Under the pieces are notes generated by a model. It was not told where the DNA came from. It did no database searches and saw only the letters and a program-made list of their open reading frames with translations. A stretch of 64,000 nucleotides of DNA from a bacterium (GTDB lineage Bacteria > JAJVIF01). Of this stretch, positions 57,871 to 64,000 are shown one piece after another. A program made the position numbers and the translations under genes. The stretch covers positions 1,489,353 to 1,553,352 of the forward strand of contig JAJVIF010000001.1 in assembly GCA_022072165.1 (NCBI GenBank), read 5' to 3'. Every line of letters begins with the position of its first letter. The first letter of the stretch is position 1.

Positions 57871-60462
57871 CTACCGGAAGAGCTGCAGCGCGTTCTGCGG
57901 CAGCTGATTGGCCTGCGCCAGGACCGCCGTCCCAGCCTGCAACAGGATCTGGTTGCGGGTGAAGGCGAGGGTCTCCTCCGCGATGTTGAGGTCGCGGATG
58001 CCGGATTCCGACGCCGCCAGATTCTGTCGGGTGATCTCCAGGTTCCGGATCGTGCTCTCCAGGCGGTTCTGCACGGACCCAAGATTTGACCGGAGGCTGG
58101 AAACCTTGTCGATAGCGACATCGACCTTGGTGATCGCCGCCTGCGCGCTGTCGGTGTTCGCCAGAATCAGGCCTTTGAGGCCCAGGCTCTGGCTGGAGAC
58201 GCCCGCGATGGCGAGGGTCAGATCCTGTCCCTGATTCGCGCCAATCTGGAAGTTGATGGCGTTGGGCACCAGGTGCAGGAAGTTGGTGCCGACAAAGTTC
58301 GACGAAATCGAGATCGTCGGCTTGTCGAGCGGGTCGAGGTTGATGGGGTTGCGGGTGTCGTTCTGGCCGGTACCGTTCACCGGATCGAGCTTGTACCCCT
58401 GGGTGGTGTCGAAGTTGATCTCCACGCCCCGGATGACACCCCGGACGAAGCCGTCGGTGGTCTTCAGGGACTGCACCAGGGCTCCCGACTCCACATCCAC
58501 AATGCTCACCTGGTACGACGGGAGCTTGCTGTTCTGGATGGTAAAGAGGGAGAGGGCGTTGAGGGTCTTCTCATCGCCGATGAAGGCGAGTTCGGCCCCC
58601 GGCACCGGGCTGGTGATGGAGATGGTCCCCTTTGCCGGACCGGTGAGGTTGAAGTTCACCAGGTTCGGGAAGTTCCCCCCTGCGAGGGTGGCTTCGAGGT
58701 TGAGGTCGTTGGTCCGGTTCGGGTCGGCGATGGCCAGCGAAATCTTGCCGACCAGGTCCGCCACCGTATCGGTCGCGTTGAGATAGATGGTGGTGCGGCG
58801 TCCCTGACCGGGGACCGCGAGTCCGATTTCCACGGTATCGCGCCCGGTGAAGACCCCTTCCGCCTGGAAGCGGCTGATGGACTTCAGCTGGGTGTCGAGC
58901 TGGGCGACCAGCACGTTGTTGGTGGAGGTGTGGAAGATCGCGGACTCGCCCGCCTCCAGGATGGCATCGAAGCTGAGGCGCAGGCCCTGCAGCGTGTCGA
59001 GACCCAGCGATGCGGCAGTCCCGGCCCGTCCGATGGACCCGGTCCCGGAGACCGAGCCGGTGTCGAGGTTCGTCACGCGGTAGGTCCGGTTCGAGAGCGC
59101 CGAAATCCGGAAGGTGTAGCTCCCGGAGACCGCCGACACCTGGACCAGCGTGCCGTATTGCGCAAACTCGTTCTGTCCCAGCGTGTTGAAGACCAGTTCG
59201 TCGGTGCCGGTGGTGACATCGGCGCTGAAGCGGATGTCGATCTCGCCCGTCGAGCTGTTGCCCAGGGTGAAGATGCCGCCGGTGACGTTCTCAATGACCC
59301 GGTTGCCGTTGGCGGTGATCGCCACCGACGCCGCATCGATGAAGACCCGGGAGATATCGGAGCCGCCGGCCGCCACGGACAACGGGGTAAACCCGAGGTC
59401 GAGCGTCGATCCCGAGTTGTCGAGATCATCCAGCCGGAACGAGCTGATGGCGATGCTCTGGCCCGCCCCAATCGAGACCGCGAGGGTTCCGGTGCCGGTG
59501 ACGCTGAACGCGCCGTTGGCACCCACGGAGAACGCGAGGCTCATGAAGGCGGCGACACTTCCCAGCGTGGTCCCAGCGGTGATCAGGAGGGAGGCATCGA
59601 CTGCCGCCCCACCGGTGTTGGTCCCGGTCACGCGCAGGCGGTCGACCCCGAGGGTGATCTCCTTCGCATTGAAAGTCCCGGCCAGGTCATCGGCAGCAAC
59701 CGCCACCGAGGTCCCGAGCACGGAGACGGTCGCGCTCCCGAAGGAAACCAGGAGCCGGCCATTGGTGGTGGTGCTCTGGATTTCCAGTTCGTCGATGCCG
59801 ATCGCCGTCCCCGTCCCGCTGCGGAACGTGGCGTTGTTGAGGTAGGTGGTCAGGCCGTTAAACGAGCCCACCCGGTCCTCGGTGGCGATGGTGTTGAACT
59901 GGTCGGTCTTGTAGGTCGCCAGCTGCGGGGCGTCCAGCAGGGTGGTCCGGATCTGGAAGTTCCCCCCCTTGCCGACATCGCCCAGGATATTGACGCTGAC
60001 GGTCGTGGGGTCGTCCAGGGAGTAGAGGGCGGCCGCCGAGCCATCCAGGAGTCGCTTGGTGTTGAACTCCGTGGTGCGGGCAATGCGATCGACCTCGTCG
60101 ATCAGCTGATCGACTTCCTTCTGGATTTCGAGCCGGTCGTTGGAAGTGAGGACACCGTTCGCGGCCTGGATCGCCAGCTCGCGAATCCGCTGGAGGATGG
60201 TGTTGGTCTCCCCCAGCGCGCCTTCCGCCGTCTGGAGGAGACTGATCCCCTCCGAGGCATTCTGCGACGCCCGGGCCAGGCCCCGGACCTGCGACCGGAG
60301 TCGCTCGGAAATCGTGAGACCGGCGGCGTCATCCGCAGCGCGGTTGATGCGCAGGCCAGTGGAAAGCCGCTCGACAGAACGTTCCAGCGCTTTGCTGGTC
60401 TGGGAGAGGCTGCGGGTCGCGTTGAGTGCGATGATGTTCTGATTGATCTGCAGAACACCCAT
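57871..60462 (-). CDS. fliC: Flagellin (giant, 863 aa), paralog 2
   Basis: ATG 60462 with GGAGG RBS. About 85% amino-acid identity to paralog 1 over the full length, including the central domain. Confidence 0.9.
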   Translation of the reverse strand: MGVLQINQNIIALNATRSLSQTSKALERSVERLSTGLRINRAADDAAGLTISERLRSQVRGLARASQNASEGISLLQTAEGALGETNTILQRIRELAIQAANGVLTSNDRLEIQKEVDQLIDEVDRIARTTEFNTKRLLDGSAAALYSLDDPTTVSVNILGDVGKGGNFQIRTTLLDAPQLATYKTDQFNTIATEDRVGSFNGLTTYLNNATFRSGTGTAIGIDELEIQSTTTNGRLLVSFGSATVSVLGTSVAVAADDLAGTFNAKEITLGVDRLRVTGTNTGGAAVDASLLITAGTTLGSVAAFMSLAFSVGANGAFSVTGTGTLAVSIGAGQSIAISSFRLDDLDNSGSTLDLGFTPLSVAAGGSDISRVFIDAASVAITANGNRVIENVTGGIFTLGNSSTGEIDIRFSADVTTGTDELVFNTLGQNEFAQYGTLVQVSAVSGSYTFRISALSNRTYRVTNLDTGSVSGTGSIGRAGTAASLGLDTLQGLRLSFDAILEAGESAIFHTSTNNVLVAQLDTQLKSISRFQAEGVFTGRDTVEIGLAVPGQGRRTTIYLNATDTVADLVGKISLAIADPNRTNDLNLEATLAGGNFPNLVNFNLTGPAKGTISITSPVPGAELAFIGDEKTLNALSLFTIQNSKLPSYQVSIVDVESGALVQSLKTTDGFVRGVIRGVEINFDTTQGYKLDPVNGTGQNDTRNPINLDPLDKPTISISSNFVGTNFLHLVPNAINFQIGANQGQDLTLAIAGVSSQSLGLKGLILANTDSAQAAITKVDVAIDKVSSLRSNLGSVQNRLESTIRNLEITRQNLAASESGIRDLNIAEETLAFTRNQILLQAGTAVLAQANQLPQNALQLFR

Positions 60463-60795
60463 AGTGGTTTCCTCCGTGAAACCCTAAACGTGGGTGAGCA
60501 GCTGCCGAAAAAGAAAATGCGCGTCCGCAGCCCCCGGCGTACGGCTCCGACGCTCCGCGTCTGAAACCTCCGGGGTCTGTGGCACCCGCATCTACGGCAG
60601 CCGTTTGTCGCGATGTCTGTGGAGGCCACCCCCCACGGGATGGCGACGGACGCGCCTCACCCTCCTGGTGCCAGCGTGACCGGCGGGGGCAGACGGCTGT
60701 GAACTCGTCTGCAGCAGATCCTCCGATGACTGTCACCCAGAGCCCCATACCCCGACCGGGCGCCGGTCGCGGCTGAAAATCCGGGTTATCGCTGG

Positions 60796-60822
60796 GTATC
60801 GGCAGCCCGGCTTGAGGCTTGA
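60796..60822 (-). promoter_or_regulatory. Sigma-28-like promoter of flagellin 2
   Basis: Minus strand: TCAA-N15-GCCGATAC, the same element as upstream of flagellin 1. Confidence 0.55.
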
Positions 60823-60897
60823 GGGTCTCGGGGAAATTTTTCCGGAAAATTTTGCCAGTCCTGCCTGACCCGGTGGCACCCCTGATAATCACCCCTA

Positions 60898-62001
60898 ATG
60901 TCCGCCCCCACCCTGGCTTTGGTGACTGACGCTGGCGCGCTCCACGCTCAGCGCTGGGCGATGGCCTTCCGCGACCGGGGCTGGCAAGTCCGCCTTCTCA
61001 CCTGGGGGAGCCTGGCGGACCTGCCGGGCATCGAGACCATCCCCGTACTCGACGCACGTCCAGGCGCGGGTCGGGGCCCCCTGAGTGCGCTCACCGGGTA
61101 CCGCCAGCTCCGGCAGCGCTTGGAGGAGGCGGACCTCGTCCATGTCCATTCCCTGCCGGCGGGTCGCTGGGTGACCTGCCTCACCGGACTCCCGCGACTG
61201 ATGATCACGTCCTGGGGGACCGATGCCATGCCGCGTCAGGGGGCGCTTTCGGCGGCGCAGAAGCGCTGGGTGACCTACGGGCTGCGACAGGCGCAGGCGA
61301 TCGGAGCCTACTCCCAGTTCGCCCGCACCGCCCTGATCCGCCACTACCGCCTGCCAGACGCGCGGGTGCACTGGACGCCTTTGGGTGTCGACCTGACCTG
61401 CTTCGATGCCTCCCGCTTCCCCACTCCGCCAGCGGAACCGCTGGTCATCGGGTTCTTTAAGCACCTGCGCCCCATCTATGGCCCACAGGTGCTCCTGGAG
61501 GCGCTGTCGCTTTTTCGGCATCAGTGGACCGGTCCCTGGGAAGCACGACTCTATGGCGATGGCCCGCTGCAACAGGATCTCGCACGCCGTATCGATGAGC
61601 TGCAGCTTCAGGAGCACGTACGACTCGCCGGACGAGTGCGCCATGAGGACCTGCCAGCGGCAATGGCCGCTTGTCATCTGGTCGTGAGTCCGAGTTTGGT
61701 GGAGGAGTCGCTGGGATTGGCGAGTCTGGAGGCACAGGCGCTGGGACTGCCGGTCATTAACAGCGGTCTGGGAGGGATGCCGGAGACCTGCGTGCCCGGG
61801 GAGTCGGGATTCTTGGCACCGCCCGGCGAACCTGCCGCGTTGGCGTCGCTGCTGTTACGCCTGGCCCGAGACCCGGCATTGCGAGCACAGATGGGGCAGC
61901 GTGGACGTCAGTTTGTGCATGAAGCGGGCTACGTCTGGGCAAAGTGTGTGGATCGGGCAGATGCGATCCAACGATCGCTACTGGTGCCCCGAGAAAAATG
62001 A
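60898..62001 (+). CDS. Glycosyltransferase family 1 (GT4-like)
   Basis: C-terminal 'VVSPSLVEESLGLASLEAQALGLPVINSGLGGMPETCVPGESGFL' is a GT1 motif. Divergently placed next to flagellin 2. Confidence 0.75.
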   Translation: MSAPTLALVTDAGALHAQRWAMAFRDRGWQVRLLTWGSLADLPGIETIPVLDARPGAGRGPLSALTGYRQLRQRLEEADLVHVHSLPAGRWVTCLTGLPRLMITSWGTDAMPRQGALSAAQKRWVTYGLRQAQAIGAYSQFARTALIRHYRLPDARVHWTPLGVDLTCFDASRFPTPPAEPLVIGFFKHLRPIYGPQVLLEALSLFRHQWTGPWEARLYGDGPLQQDLARRIDELQLQEHVRLAGRVRHEDLPAAMAACHLVVSPSLVEESLGLASLEAQALGLPVINSGLGGMPETCVPGESGFLAPPGEPAALASLLLRLARDPALRAQMGQRGRQFVHEAGYVWAKCVDRADAIQRSLLVPREK

Positions 62002-62055
62002 CACCAGCCGCGACATGTCGCGGCTGGGGAGTCACGGCGGTTGTCAGCGTTGCGA

Positions 62056-63333
62056 CTACTGGGCGTCGTCAGAAGCGACGGTTCCCGATTCGATGGAGAT
62101 CGCCTGGTCGGTGGGTGAGCCGGAATGCGGCACGGTCTCAATTCTGACAGGCTCGCCCACATCGGCCTTCGGTGGCGCACTGGTGGGATTCAGGACCACC
62201 ACGACCCCGGTGGGGGTCTTGCCGGTCTTGAGGGTCTTCTCGGGTGTGAAGTCTCCGAGACTCACGACCGTCAAAGTGTCATCCCCCCTGTTGGTCACCC
62301 ACAGGCGACCGGCATGTGTGTCCAGGGCCAGCATGTATGGTTCAGCGCCGGTTTTGGCGCGATTCGAGACCTGACCTGTGGTGGCATCGATGCGGAGGGC
62401 CTCGCCTTTGTCCTGCAGGGTGGCGTAGTAGAACGCTCCGGTCCCATCGGCGATGATCCCCTGGGGCTGTCCATCCAGCGCCCATTCCCCGATGATCCCT
62501 TTGGTCTTGGCGCTGACGCCGACAATTTTGTTGCTGCCACTCACGGTGACATAGAAGGAGGCGTTATCCGGGGCAGCGGCAATCTGACTGGGGCGATCGC
62601 CCACCGGGATCCGGGCGACTTCCACAGGCCCCTGGTCATTGCCGAGGAAATCGAGCAGGTACACATGGTCCGGGTCGGTGGTGCCGTTGGGGTCATTGGC
62701 CGCGATGGCGATGTAGCGTCCATCGGGGGAAAAGGCGATGCCGAAGGGTCCGGGCCCCGCGGTGATCTCGGCGTTGCGCTTTCGTTCTTCGTCGCTCTGA
62801 TCCCGGACATACACCTTGTTGTTCTGCCAGTCGGAAACCGCAGCCCACATACCATCCTGACTGATGGTGACAAAGACGGCATCGGGGTTGTCATCGGGAT
62901 TGCCGACGACACCCTTCTGCCGGATGCTGTTACCGGAGTTCGGGTCGATCGCCCAGAGGGACCCACTGCGGAAGATGTCCTGAATGCCCCCTTCCGGTGT
63001 GGTCTTGGCGATGTCATCCAGACTCATGAACCGGGCAGGGAAGAAGATCGTGTTCTGCTGCGGATGGCGGACCAGGTTGCCGGGCTGATGTCCAGTCCGG
63101 ACAGTCCCCGGCACAGCGGTCAGCGTTTCCAGATCGAAGACACTCAGGGTGTCCTCGCCACTGTTCGCCACATAGGCGACGCCCTTCGAGTGCGCTTCGA
63201 ACACCGGACGGGGCGGTCCGGCGGGCTTTGCCGGCTCCTCGGCCTTTTTCTTGGTGGTACTGGTGTTCTGCCCTGCGGGCGTACAGCCCAGCAAACAGGC
63301 GAGACCGAGGGTCGCGAATAGCAGCGAGCGCAT
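62056..63333 (-). CDS. YVTN-type beta-propeller repeat lipoprotein
   Basis: Signal/lipobox 'MRSLLFATLGLACLLGC'. Repeated '…YVANSGEDTLSVFD…', '…LWVTNRGDDTLTVV…' propeller blades. Start set at ATG 63333. Confidence 0.65.
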   Translation of the reverse strand: MRSLLFATLGLACLLGCTPAGQNTSTTKKKAEEPAKPAGPPRPVFEAHSKGVAYVANSGEDTLSVFDLETLTAVPGTVRTGHQPGNLVRHPQQNTIFFPARFMSLDDIAKTTPEGGIQDIFRSGSLWAIDPNSGNSIRQKGVVGNPDDNPDAVFVTISQDGMWAAVSDWQNNKVYVRDQSDEERKRNAEITAGPGPFGIAFSPDGRYIAIAANDPNGTTDPDHVYLLDFLGNDQGPVEVARIPVGDRPSQIAAAPDNASFYVTVSGSNKIVGVSAKTKGIIGEWALDGQPQGIIADGTGAFYYATLQDKGEALRIDATTGQVSNRAKTGAEPYMLALDTHAGRLWVTNRGDDTLTVVSLGDFTPEKTLKTGKTPTGVVVVLNPTSAPPKADVGEPVRIETVPHSGSPTDQAISIESGTVASDDAQ

Positions 63334-63553
63334 GCGCCCCAACCTCCGAGCATCCCGGCATTCCGGGCAGTTGTTGATATGGCCGTCGTACCGCAGTCGG
63401 CGCCTGCTGTCTGCCCGACTGCACCCGGGGAGTGTAAACCCTACCGGGCTGGACTTAAGGATGCAAGCGGCGATTACGCAGCACCCCTGGTCCACTCAGC
63501 CAAGCGCCCCGGCGTGGACACCGGGGCGCCTGGAAAAGAGTTGTTGCGACCCC

Positions 63554-63898
63554 TTACCGCAGTGGCTGATGCCGACTGGGGGGAGGAGCCGTGCGCTGGT
63601 CGATGCCGACCCAGCGGACCCGGACGAAGGTCCCCTGGAACGGCCGGACCCAGAAGTCGTCCACCCGGTCAGGCTGCACCCAACCCTGGGCATCGGCGAG
63701 CTGCTGACTCGCTGGCCGGGTCGGATTCGCCTCAACATCCATGTGAACCGGCGGAAGCGTCCCGAGGGCCAACAGCGCGAAGAGCACGAGGCTCAGCACC
63801 GACCGCCCATACTCCCCGGCTCGCAAATGCCAGGGACGGGTGCCCCGCAGATCGAGGAGCAACTCGATCCGTTCCCGGACATTCCCCATCCCGTGCAA
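63554..63898 (-). CDS. Hypothetical membrane protein (possibly N-terminally incomplete in window)
   Basis: ORF with one TM helix 'VLSLVLFALLALGTL'. No family recognised. Competing overlapping ORFs are R/P-rich artefacts. Confidence 0.25.
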   Translation of the reverse strand: MHGMGNVRERIELLLDLRGTRPWHLRAGEYGRSVLSLVLFALLALGTLPPVHMDVEANPTRPASQQLADAQGWVQPDRVDDFWVRPFQGTFVRVRWVGIDQRTAPPPSRHQPLR

Positions 63899-64000
63899 AG
63901 CGGGCGATGCAGCGGCGGTCTGCTGGTTGGAGATCGCGAATCCACCAGCGCCACTGACGAACGGGCTGATGGAAAGGAGCTTGCAGAGTGCCTGGGCGAG

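Noticed and set aside
63379-63957. 192-aa plus-strand ORF at window end
   Set aside because: Arg/Pro/Gly-rich low-complexity translation that overlaps a more plausible minus-strand membrane ORF. Neither could be confirmed.

Overview
High-GC (~67%) bacterial chromosomal window dominated by a late-flagellar and flagellin-glycosylation locus on the minus strand (~23.5–60.5 kb).

The locus has a Bacillus-like gene order, yvyF–flgM–flgN–flgK–flgL–fliW–csrA, and also carries the rod, P-ring and L-ring genes flgF, flgG, flgA, flgH, flgI and a rod-binding-only FlgJ. It includes the pseudaminic-acid genes pseB, pseI and a pseF-like gene together with a Maf glycosyltransferase, plus fliS, a 1287-aa FliD and a 907-aa FlgL. 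Two ~864-aa flagellin paralogs sit as direct repeats.

Between the two flagellin genes, on the opposite strand, lies a tandemly duplicated two-gene cassette: a small, signal-peptide-bearing protein with about 18 cysteines and a CCCYR motif, followed by a ~350-aa lipoprotein. The second copy has markedly lower GC. An (AG)11 dinucleotide tract sits exactly between a consensus TTGACA -35 and a -10-like element upstream of that second copy, making it a candidate phase-variable promoter.

The 5' third of the window holds housekeeping and accessory genes:
- an AddB–AddA-like helicase-nuclease pair
- an ArsB/NhaD-type permease
- an MsrB–MsrA fusion
- tmRNA
- an NmrA-like protein and a VOC-family protein
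- a DUF4287 protein and a Tat-signal DUF1800/DUF1501 pair
- an SPFH protein with a zinc-ribbon partner
- an S8 protease and an RCK-gated K+ channel
- a Lys/Ala-repeat histone-H1-like protein
- SmpB
- alanine racemase

No rRNA, tRNA, CRISPR array or obvious transposon was seen. Many long antisense ORFs in the six-frame track are GC-driven artefacts.
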